From contig BFEA01000041.1 in NCBI GenBank assembly GCA_003427395.1, forward strand, positions 4,615,320-4,679,245: DNA of 63,926 nucleotides, written 5' to 3'. The position numbers and the translations under genes are program-made. Positions 39,301 to 51,750 of the stretch are shown one piece after another. Numbering within the stretch: position 1 is the stretch's first letter; every line of letters starts with the position of its first letter. The notes under the pieces were generated by a model. That model did no database searches. It was not told where the DNA came from and was given only the letters and a program-made list of their open reading frames with translations. This DNA is from Chara braunii (lineage: Eukaryota > Plantae > Charophyceae).

Positions 39301-42300
39301 ACTGAACCCACACTTCCCCCCATGCAGTATTACCTTCTCAGACTTCAAGACTGTTTTTACACATCTTTCCCTAAATTATTATGGAACGTATTTCCTGGTG
39401 ATAAAGACGTTAAAGAAGACGAATCTTCAAGGAACCGTTTTAGAAACCTATGCGCTATGCAAAGTAAGAATCATAGGAGCAGACCCTACGACAGTTTTCC
39501 AAGCGAACACTGGTGTACGAGGTCTGGGCCTGGCAGAATACCCAATCAGGGAAACACAGAGCACCAATCCCAATACAGGTCTACTCGGTCAAGCTAGGTT
39601 GCAAAATGTTTAGCAATACAAGAGGCCCGCTCCCAATGATATGGAAAGGATGGTAAGAGGTGGAAGGAGCAGCTGCCAACAAGATAACAAGAATGCCGTG
39701 GAAGTTGGTGGAACGAGATTTAAAATGATAAGACTGATCACGTCCTCACTTTGGGTTCACTAGCTGCAGAGGGGAGCATAGACAAAGCAGTCCACACATC
39801 CAACAAAGACCAAAGATGTCAATCATCTACTTACGCCACAAGAAGAACCCTGCGGACTGTTGGTATCGACAACCCTACGGGCATGGGAGGCATTTCAAAG
39901 AACGTCTGTCATCACCCGAAGACCCTGCACCTCACCGGATGGTGTAAAGTGTGAAAAATTGAGAGGAAAAAAAAATATACAGATGTGCCCGGATGAGGAG
40001 AAGATGGCTTTTTATATTAAAAAAAAGTGAAAAAAGAAAAAACAATAAGACTGATCAAAATCAGAAGCTACAATTGCCGATAAGTTGTGATAACATATGT
40101 AGCCCTTTCAGTAAATCATTGGCTACCTAGGCTACCAGATTGGCCCGGGACCACTTGCCCGGCCGGGCCAAAAAAAAAAAAAAAAAAAAAAACAAGGGAA
40201 AGAATTGCAATGTGACCCTGATGCAAAAGTTGTTCAGTTTATTTTTCTGCCTTTTTTTCCGTCTCTTTTTTTTTTTTTGTGCTAGGACCTTCCCTCGTCC
40301 TTTCACGGCCGGGCCACCCGGGAAAATAGGGTGACCCGAACGGCCTGGCTGGTAGCCTAGGTGGCTACATGAAAAGAGGGAAAGAACTGATGCCAACAGC
40401 TCTGACACTTGTGCAGTGTGCTATGATCAGGAAACACATCTTGATAAATAAAACGAGATCTATCGCTGCCTCATTAGCTGTAGGGAGACAACAGAATACT
40501 GGGCTAGGGCAGGTGACTTATGGACCCGCCTCTTCTCCACCCCCTTCCCTGAGAAGCCAGATCGGATCCTACTATGGACTAGCATCCCATCCCAACGTTT
40601 GTTTACAACGTTTTTCTTTTTCTTTTTTTCTTTTTTTGTACAAGCCTGAAAGAGTGGTTCGATATATTCAGAAAAGTTACCCTATGTATCGAACGTGTGA
40701 GGAAAGATGCCGCATTACTTGGTACAAGACAAGAAATCCGAGAGGTACGGACAGTAACGTATGGGGCCCGGAATGGGACCGGCTTCACGAAGTCCGTTAT
40801 CCCAACCTGACCTTCTGCCGCTTCATCGAAGCCATCCTTCGACTTTCGTGTGCTGCTTTCAGGCATGACTGGGCAACAACTAAGGAGTTGGAGGCAGAAA
40901 TCAGGTGCAAGTAGACGCAAGCAAAACTCTCCATCCAACGACAGCCACAGAGGGAACAAAAAGTCAAGAAAAGATTCAGCCGAGGAAAGATTGGAATTCA
41001 ATTACGCCTTCGAGCTTGTAATGAGACTACAAGCAACTTCAACGATGGAGGATCAGGATCTTCATCGGGCCTACAAGATGCAAGGAAACTTTTCCTGTAT
41101 TAAGATCAGGGAGGAATCTAATGTTCGGGAAGTTGAGCCCGAACACAGGATCGCTGGCTTTGTTCCTCGGATGAATCCAAGCAGGCTGATAATTTGAGCC
41201 AGGAAGTGGACAGACCCTCCTCGAAGCAGCAGTCTTCTGTTAGAATTTAGAAAGGTTCTATGGTCATAGAGCAGAATAATTAAGGTAGGAGGGGAAAAGA
41301 CAACAGAGGTTACGGGTGATACATTTAGTAATAGGCAGCAATCAATTGGGCCTAACAAATCAACTAAGTTCAACTAACAGATCAAGGAAACTTTTCCTAT
41401 AGTAAGATCAGGGAGGAATCTAATGTTTTGGAAGTTAGAGAGAGAGCCCGAGCACAGGATCACTGGCTTTGTTCCTCGGATATAACCAAGCAGGCTGATA
41501 ATTTGAGCCAGGAAATGGACAGACCCTCCTCGAAACAGCAGTCTTCCGCTAGAGAGGTTGTGTGGTCATAGAGCAGAATAATTAAGGTAGGAGGGGAAAA
41601 GATAACCGGGGGGAGGGGTGGTACATGCTTTCTGGTAATAGGAAAAAAGCCTCCACCTCTCAGTGACCATAACGGAGGGAAGCGTTGAGTGGGTAAATGA
41701 TGTAAGAGACGCTGGAACCTGTTGCCAGATTTTAGGATAAAAAAGCGATTTGGTTGGTCAGAAAAGAAAAAGAGAAAGAAAACAAAGGTAGTTACTACTT
41801 ATCAATGAAGTTATGTTGATATCAAGCATTATGAATGGTATTATGTACTTCTTGACAATCTAACATGTGCCATTCTGCACCCTGGCCAGCCATATCCAGT
41901 TATCGGTATCCCCATTTTATTGTTGTTAAACCACCAGTACTTGGCCCAGCTATCGGTGCCGAGCCTGGAATCCCCCTGCGTGCCGATTTCTGCTGAAGCT
42001 ACGGGGTACCATTTCATTTTTCTTTTGGCTGGCGCTTCCAGCCATTGAGGTCCGGTACCCCGAAGCCCTAAATCTGCGGCACATTAACGGGGAAGCGCCG
42101 AGGCCAATAGCTGGGCCAAGTACTGGTGGTTTAATGTCTTTTGCACACCCATTTATCTCTATCTCTGTAATGATTCTTGTCTGCCTCGTTGTTCTTTCTT
42201 GTTGGATTAATTCTCAAGCTGTCAAGATTTCTCAGGCTTGATGTGGCTTACCAAAGGTGAGGAATTCAGAATTCAGCTCCTGGGTTTCTAATAAAGAACT

Positions 42301-43029
42301 CTTTTTTGGTCTGCGGCCTGGGGCAGTTTGGAGCTTCAATTATTTTTAACTTGCTAACGTCAACTTAGTAATTTGTGAATCAATGTGGTTTCTTCCTTCA
42401 GGGAGCTGAGTGCTGCACAAGATCGGTTGACGGATGGGCTGCAGCAACTATTTGTTGAGCAGCCCCATTTTAGGGAGCTTGCGCGGATGATGCTGAGCAC
42501 GGTAGGCCGTGGAGGACAAGGAGATGTTGGACAGAGAATACGTGATGAAATTCTTGTGATCCAGGTATGCGACGCCTACCGAGCTTTCATGTTCATGAAC
42601 AATGGCTTGTCTTCTGTTCAGACTGGGGGTGTTTGTTTGTCAAACGGCATTCAGCCCTTTCTGCCATATGTGATGCTACAGCCTGAGGGTGAAATACGAG
42701 TCCTGATACGATGGAAACTCGAGGGTTGTAGTATAGCAATCATGGTGTGAATTCTTTTCTCTAGAAATGTTGCATTCCCGGTTTGTCAGTCACCACGACT
42801 TACGACTAATTTCTGGACCTCACGGGTACGCCTTGGCCTGGAGGCCGCCTACTGTGCTATTCTTCAACATGAAGTGTGCGCTTCTTTTCCTTTTTGGCTG
42901 GCGCCGCCAGCCATTGTGGTCTGGTAGCCCCGGGCTCCTGAAATTTCCATAGGATGTTCTCCTGTTCGCTATACACAAGTCCACAAAAAGAAATACGACT
43001 GTGCCCGACTTTCACCGACTCATCACTTC

Positions 43030-43087
<58 letters not shown>

Positions 43088-46000
43088 CATTTCCACAAAA
43101 AAAGCCACGACTATGTGGGACAGTTGCTGTTTCGTCGGACTTTCACTGGCCTGAAAGATTTCTTCACAAGACTGGGGCCTTGTACTGGTGGAATGGGTTC
43201 AATACACGAGTGATGGAAACACTGTCAGGGTGCCGGAGAAGGGTCCAAGGTACTGGTGGTCTAAGCTGGCATTTTAGTAGAGCAGGATGAATAGGTCACG
43301 TAAACCACCACAACGCGTAGAACTCCGAAGGTTGTAACCCTCTGGTTGCCAATCTTAATCCGGTTTGTGGCATAAGGGCCACATAACCAATGAACCCAGT
43401 GGATTGGACTGGACACTGGCTGACCTCGCACCTGCTGGACCCGGACCTCTTTACTTTCCATTTCCACCCGTTTGTCAACACCTTACGGTAGGTACCATGC
43501 TGCCATTTGAGGGAATATAATATATATGCAGTACACCGAAGGAGGCACTGGTTGTGCCTGTGCATGGTCTGCCAATACCAGTCTGCTCAACGTTCTAGTG
43601 TTTTCCATGCATCCCCAGGTAATGGTTTCGGTACTTGCGAGTAGTGATGGGGAAAAGGGAGCCTAGAGAAAGGTGCAAAATTGTAATGGTGGTGGAGACT
43701 CTGGAGGGAGTATTTTGGAAACGGGGCGAGGAATGAGGGAGGCTGGGTGATGTCGGGGGGTTAGGAAACTTGCTCTATCTGTCCGATTGTCTACGGTCAC
43801 AAATTGAATGTATAGGTTAGGTAATGTAATATGAGCAGGTGACACTGTGCAAAGTGAGAAGGTATTTTGCAGTGTTCGTGATGGACGCAAAATGCATATC
43901 GTGAATACTGACTTGGTTGCATAGTGTTGCACTGTTGACATTGGCCCCACCTTGAGAGAATTGAAATGTAGTGAGTACTACTGACTCATGAGACGAAGCC
44001 TATTCCGGATTTTATGTTTGTTCCTTGTTTGAAAGTAAAAAGACAGAATGCCACACCATGAGGGTTAGCCAGGGCTATTGAATATATATGTATATATACG
44101 CTTGTGGTGTTGAGAAGCTTCACAGGTCACACTATTACACAAATCACAGGGGGCAATTAAAAACTAGGAAACATGTTATGCAAGGGGAAAAAGCTAGAGA
44201 AGGCAAGGATGAAGCACAAATTGTTATGTGATCAGTTGCAATCACCTTGCCCGCCAAATTATTGTTGTGCTGTTTATATGCATTTTATTTCTGATGATAT
44301 CCAGCAGAACCAATAATCTTCCAAGCGAAGTTTAAACAAGTTGCAGAAATTATAAAACATGACGTGCAATGAGAACAACTTCCCGAAAAACGGAATATGC
44401 ATTGTTCTGTGCGAAGTTGTTGCAATCGATTCCCCTCTCAAACTAATAAATTATCGTGGGGCTGTTTGGTTCTGTCAGCATCCAGCAAAGCCATATCTGT
44501 GCGAGAGCTATACAAATCATAGAGGCCAATTAAGATTAGAAAGCATGTCATACAAGAGGAAAAAGGGAAAGAAGGTGAGGTAGGAGTCCGTAGGACCACA
44601 CGTTGGGAAAAGAAGCAAAAGGATGAGGCATGCATTGGGAAAGAAGGCAAGGATGAAGCACGCATCGCTGTGTGTTGGTTGTAATCACCTCACCTCTCAA
44701 ATTAACAAGTCAATGTGGTGCTGTTTATGTCTTGTGATATCCAGCAAAATAATAGCTGCAAAGGAGGGATGATGGAAGAGTGGCATCAGAAGCTTCACAA
44801 CAATACGACTCCTGATGATGTTGTTATTTGCCAGGTATGGAAGGTGTGGGAGAGCCTCTTTGCTATCTTTTCTTTCGTTGTCATTCCCAAGTGGCACATG
44901 CGCGAAGGCGACTTCTCCCCTGGGACTCCGGAGATGATGCTGGTGGTCTCTAGACCATCGCCTGCAAGTTTTGGTTTGTTAGGACTGGGAAACGTAGTGG
45001 TGGTTTGACAGCAGCACCCCCTGCATCGCCTGGCCAATCTCCCCCTTTATATAAACAATCAGCGGCTGTGTTTTTTTCCCCTGAGAACCTTCATTATTTA
45101 GTGAACATCTTTCTGGTTTACCTTAGGATTAGCTTGGATAGTTGAAGTGGAGGAGGATCTGTTGTGATAAGGGAAACGACTCGTGGAACTTGTGGCCTTT
45201 TTCTCTCTTTTTCCCCCCCCCCTGCCCTAGGTAATTCAGAATTGCAGTATTTTGACTCATCTGCCTCCAGTGGGTTAGTTCGAACTTGGTCGGGTCTTTT
45301 TTTCAACAGTTCAGTGGCATACCAACCGAGCTGGGCCAGCTGGTGGAAGCGAGTTGTGGCTTGACGTCTGGAGGTTTTGGAACTGTAATCAAATGTGGAG
45401 AGTGGCGATGAGATGTCTAGTTTGTTTAGTTGGTTTGAAGCTACCAAAACAAATGGCAAAACAAATGGAGTGACTTTTGTCATGCTATGACTGGATGAAT
45501 TGCAGGCACTCATAGACTTCATTAACAGTGGGTTCCAGATGGATGCATACTGGAAGACGCTGAATTCTAATGGGGTGACTCGCGAGCGTCTTGCAAGTTT
45601 TGACCGTCCTATTGTTTCCGAGCCCAGGTTTAGCCGAGACCAGGCAAATGGGTTAGTCCGTGACCTGTCTTCCTATATGAAGACCCTTAAGGTAAGTGAA
45701 TGTGCAAGACTGCCCTCAGCCTCAGCAGAGCAATTGGATTGTTGAACTGACCATTTGAGTGGAAATGATTTGTGTGTGTGAATAAAGCAGCAGGCATTGA
45801 GCGCTGTCTGGGGCCCCCTCTGTCTGGCTGGATGTCCGGTCCAGGATGCCTGAGCATCAGTTGTCCTGACGGGTATCTGGATTTAATCATTTAAATTATT
45901 TAATTACATATTTTTTTATTTATATGGAAGTTAAAAAGTATTAAAATCTAGATATTATCATATTAAATAATTAAATATTTGAATTTTAATTTATTTTTTT

Positions 46001-49000
46001 TAACTTTATTTTCCCCTCCTTTCAGCAGACGTGAAAAGTCAGCCTGTGATATCCCTCTCAGAGTCTCAGTTCAACGTTGTGAACTGCAAGATCTTTCTGT
46101 TACCGAAACTTCCGAAAGGATATCCGTCTACTCTGGCCTCAGCCTGCCTCAGACTGCCTGATGAAAAGAAGATTTAATGTCCATTGTATGAGGTCAACGA
46201 TCTATGCTTAAAATATTTGCATTTTTACGACTGCTTTAAAATTTAAATGTTTTTTTTCAACTTTTTGTTTTAATATTTTAATAAGAATTTGAATGCAACC
46301 CCCACCCAAAAGTTGTCCACGACTCCATGTTGCATTTGTCAATTTTCTCTGCAACATAGTGCCTGTGCACACTATGGTTCCGTGTGTGCGATTTGTGTGT
46401 GTGTGAGAGTCTAGAGTAGTTCTCATTTGTTTTTTTCTTTTCTTTTTTTATTCAGGTTTAGTCCCTGCATTTAGTTTTTTTAACTTTTTTGAAGTTTTTT
46501 TCCAGTTTTTTGAACTTTTCCCATTTTTTTGTTTCCAGTTATTGCCCTCCCCACTTTTTTGCACAGGGTGTGTGTGTCATAGTTTTTTCAAACCCACCAT
46601 TTTCACAAGAACCTAAGTTGATGAAGCTACCTTCCAAGGCTCACGATCCCGCAACTGCCTTTTCAAAGTGGCCTGACGCTTTTGCTACCGGCGCAGGCCT
46701 GAATTGAAATGCTCTCACCGCGTATGCCGGTACGAGCAATACTTGGGTTAGTGTGAACTGGCAGCTTCATTTCTCTTTTTGTTCAGGTTCACCCCCTTCC
46801 TTCAGTTGTTTCCCCTTTTTTTTTAAGAAAAGGCTATTCAACTTATCCCCGTCCCTTCTGTTTTGCACAGGGCCTCATAAAACCTGCCTGGCCGGATCAT
46901 GTCTGGGTTATCTGGGCAGCCAAGCCAGATTACCTGGGAGAGAGCCCGGATATCTGGACTGGCTGCCTAGCAGCCAAATTTTATCTCATTGGCTGAACTC
47001 ATATATGTGAAGCGTCGTTTGTTCAGCCTTATAGATCAAACGGTCCCCTCTTTCTACTCTCTAGGTTGGTGGGAAGTTCTGCTGTGAGGACTTTCCTTGA
47101 GCTTAACACGTGCTGTGAGCTGTTTGAAGTTTTCTCTCTCTGAATCTCGTGCATACTGCAAGCTCTTTGGAAGCGTATCTCACTGAAGTTGATGCATTGT
47201 GAGGTGTTTGGAAGTTTATCTCACTGACTTAACTCAGTATGTGAAGTGCTCTTTGGAAGTTGACACTGAACTCGACCCATACTATCAGCTCTTTGGAAGC
47301 TACTTCACTCTTTCCATGAAACGCATCTGTGTTATTCTGTCATCCATTCCCCTGCATCTCTATTTTCAGAGCTGTGACTCGCGGGTTCCCCCCCCCGCTG
47401 TCATGCCTTTCTCCCCAGAGTAGTTTCTCAATCTAGTGAAGCTCGAAGTTGATAACGATGTATCATCTTATTAGTGATTGCGGTGGCGTCCCGTTGGATC
47501 ATTTCTCAATCAGAAAGGTATTTGACTCGTCGATCAGATACAGGACTGGGCAGAACTTGCTTCACTAAGACTCGTACTTTCTACGTATTTGTTGCCGACA
47601 TTGGTGTATGCAGGCTGTTCATTCGGGAGCAGATCTCGAGTCCGCCATAGCTGTGGCACTGGGCTACAAGCTGGAAGGTTGCAGGGTAAGGGAAAGGGAA
47701 AAAAAAAGTCTGCAGAACAAATGAACTCTCGATTTCAAATTTGTGATTGTTCCTTTGCTTAGTGAAAAGTGCTTGGTTCTGGTTGTTGTTGTTGTCAAAT
47801 GATGTATTGTTTTCAAACGACATTGCACAATGACAAAAGGCATGTAGTATATATATAGCCTCCTGATGAGTCGGTGAAACTCTGACGAAACAGTTTGTCA
47901 CAGCCCCTCGTTTGTTGTCCTCTTCTCCCTCTCTGCCTGGCGTTTACCGGGCAGCTCTGTTTGACTATGTATACTATGTACTATTTGGTACTATTAGTAG
48001 TACTTCATGTTTGTTTTCATTACTTGTGCCCTGACCTCCAGGGAAGTTGAAAAAGGTACGGGGTGCATGAAGGCTACAGCACCATTGTTTCTGTCTACTC
48101 TCATTTCAGTGAGGTCTGTTGACAAGTCATCCTGTGGCTCACTATGGCACAACAATGACGCCCCTGATGGCTGGACAATATTGCCCCTATGGAACGACAA
48201 TGACGCCCCCCATGGCATAGCAATGATGCCCCCTATAGCAGATTGATCTAAACTTATGTTTTTTTTTGTCAAACGTCGTCTCCACAAGGCGCCTTCAAGA
48301 ATCCACCGAAGAGCTAAGGTTTCTTGACGACTCTTTGGTATAATGGATGGGACTAATTGGGTGGTTCCGGAGATTCTGACTTTTCTTACTTCTAAAATAG
48401 GTTTGACATCTATGAACGTTGCTGTGTTCTTATTTGTATACTGCAATGGTTCACCCCAAAAATAACTCTCGTATCAAGCTGACACTGTGATTACATATTC
48501 TTATGTGCCTGGTACTGACAAGGATGCATCATCTGGACTGGTATCCGAGCAATGCAGGCCTAGAGATATCCATATATGTGGGCCTGCAAAACCACCCAAG
48601 TACGCGAACGTTAACACCCCTGACCAAGTAGCTGCTGCAGTGACTTCTAAAGAGATACCAGCAGCTGCTGAACGTTTGACTGAGTTCAAAATTTTCTTTA
48701 CTTTTTTTTCCCGTTTGGACCATTTCTCGATTTATGCTTGTCGTCTCTGACTTCTAAAGAGATACCAGCAGCTGCCGAACGTTTGACTGAGTTCAAAATT
48801 TTCTTTACCTTTTTTCCCCTTTTGGACCATTTCTCGATTTATGCTCGTCTTCTCTGGTTTTGAAGAACCTATCTCTTCTTGCACTCTCTGGTTTTGTAGT
48901 ACCCATCTCTTCTCTCGATGTATGCTCGTCATCTCTGGTTTTGAAGTACCTATCTCTTCTTGCACTCTCTGGTTTTGTAGTACCTATCTCTTCTCTTGAG

Positions 49001-51646
49001 TGCTGGTTTGGTTCCCTTTTCTTCTGCGTCTGACCCTGGTTCTTTTCTTACTTGCGACATTGTGCGGATCTTATCGGTGTATTTTTTCTCTCCACCATGC
49101 TCATGCCGAGGCAGATTCGCCGATCAGTTTCTCACTACTCTACTCTACTCTACTCTACTGCTATCATGCTTGTCATCCCTGTGCTTGGGCCCTGCTAATC
49201 TTCTCTGTATCGTTCCTGTTTTAACGGATGTTCCCAAGGACTGAGTTTGGAAATTTCTCACTCCCTGAGAAGTTGCCAGTCGACAAACTGGGACACTTCC
49301 TAAAAGATTTTTGTCTATGCTTTTCAAGATGAATAAGAAAATATGGCTGTTGCGGATCCACTCCATTCTGGCTTGCAACCTGAGATGTAGACTTTCTGGG
49401 TTTATGATTGCTGTCTTTAAAAGTCCAGATGACCAGAAACCCGGGGATAGTTAACTCTTTATCACCGGGAGTTGTGATGATCGTGAAGTCTTAAGTAGAC
49501 CCACCCAACACGTTGTTTCCAGAAGACTATCTGTTGGAATTCAGCTAAAGAGGACAGGCGCAACTCACAGAGAGTTCATCTGAGTCTACCAAGACAGAGA
49601 GACTCTTTGGAGACGGTCTGGAGGGTGATTGTCCGCATTCATCTCAAAGGGAAAAAAGCCGCTATCCTGACTTCAGGATCATCAGGACTGCCAGTTTACG
49701 GGTAGCATAGATGAAGAGTTGGGTAGCCTCGAGAGGGGCGGAACTCCAAGAGATTCCATTGGGGTAAATGCAGATGGAATCTCTTGGAGTTCCGCCCCTC
49801 TGGAGGCTACCCAACTCTTGCTACCCGTAAACTGGCAGTCCTGATGATCCTGAAGTCAGGATAGCGGCTTTTTTCCCTTAGAGATGAATGCGGACAATCA
49901 TCCTCAGGCCGTCTCCAAAGAGTCTCTCTGTCTGGGTAGACTCAGATGAACTCTCTGTGAGTTGCGCCTGTCCTCTTTAGCTGAATTCTATGGGTCTCTT
50001 CCTCTCCAGCCTGTGTCAGAAAGACAAGTCCCACGATGAGACAGTCCCAGCAGCCGAAAAATCTGTGTTGTGCAGAATAATGTGTATGATCTGATTCACA
50101 GTCTTCATTGATTGCCAACTAGCAAAGGGGTTCTGGGATTACGCAAGGCACTGTGGCCCTTCTTTCTATTGTCGACCTGCCTGCGAACAACTGCCCACGG
50201 TCTTTTTTTCTGTGTCATGGAAATAATAAGATATGTAATGGAGAGCAAAACCCCAGAATGGAAAGGTGCCAGAACTGCATGTTTTTTTTTTTTTGTTTTT
50301 TTTTTTTTTTAAATTTAATCAATTTTAATGTAGTGGGGAGCAAACGAGAAATTAATACAGGTCCGTGTGAATAATTGAGGAATTAAGTGCAACCTGGTGG
50401 ATGCAAAATATGAGGTAAACAAACATCTAATGGTTGCTGATTGGCGTTTCTGTTCCAATGAAATGGTATACAGGTTGCCAAAACCGTGGAGATTCAGCCG
50501 ATTGGGGGACTTCCAAGAGATCTAAATGTGAGTTTTTAATTCATGCATGAGGGACCCCATTTATATGCTTTGGTGTTCTGGAATCTCTGGCAGCTGTGCG
50601 TGAAATCCAAAACTCTCTAAAATTGGAAATGGGCAAAAACTTGCCAAAAAGTAATACCACACATGAATGCCTGCGTAATGTGCAAATAGAATGGGTGCCC
50701 GATGGTACAAGGAGAGAGGAGGTGAAGTGGCAGGCATGTAGGATCCCTCCTTTTTTCCCTTTGATAGCTCGTGTAGGGGGCTGGAGTTTGATTATGGAGC
50801 AGGGGGTCGTTTGCCAACAAAGGGCAAGGTGATATGGGTGTTGCTCCAGGAAATAGGGACCCCTTTTTCTTGTCTGATGTGCAGAGTGTGGAAAAGCGCA
50901 AAATAAAAAATTATGAAAATAATAAAATTGAAAAATGCACTGTCGTCGTTTTCTGAGAATGTGTGTTGGGCTTATGTCTTCTGCTCTAGCTCTGCATTAC
51001 CCTATAAGACGTTTCACCAATTTGCTGGGAAGGTTATATATCTGATGTGGACCATTTCTCGATTTATCAGCGTCATCCTTGCGCAGAGGCCATCCCAAAG
51101 GTTGTGCCGGAATGGTAGAGCCATGGTTGTACCAGAATGGTCGAGCTGAGGTCTTCACGTAGTTACGTAAGCAGTTTTGCAACGCAGGTTTTTCAGAGTG
51201 GATGAAGGTGAAAACAGAGTGAGAACCAGAGCGAAAACGATGAGCGTCATGTAGTCAGATATGAAATCAAGAACCACTGAAGTAGTTGATACTTAGAATG
51301 GTTGGGTGCCATTTTCAGATGAGATCCTGGAGAATGCAGCTGCTGCGGCAGAAAGTGCTTAAACTTTAAACTCTTTGTGATCGGAGCAGGGGCTTGATTG
51401 GGCTGTTTATTTCCTCACAAGTTCCTAATGTACCTGGTGTCGTCTTTTGTTGTCGATCATGCCTGCCGTCTTTTCCCTGCAGCCACTGTTGGAATATGTT
51501 CTAGCTAATCACGATAGCAAGGATGTGGTATCCCTGCTAGAGGTAAATGTCAACAAAAGATTGCTGCATTGTCGAACCTTTTTCTTGCCGTTGTGATTGC
51601 ATGAAATTTATTTCTGAATCTGTTCTCTTTCAATCCCCTCCCTACC

Positions 51647-51716
<70 letters not shown>

Positions 51717-51718
51717 TT

Positions 51719-51750
<32 letters not shown>

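Noticed and set aside
47994-48446. Functional nuclear rps7 gene
   Set aside because: Homology covers only about 57 internal codons and the flanking translation is unrelated.
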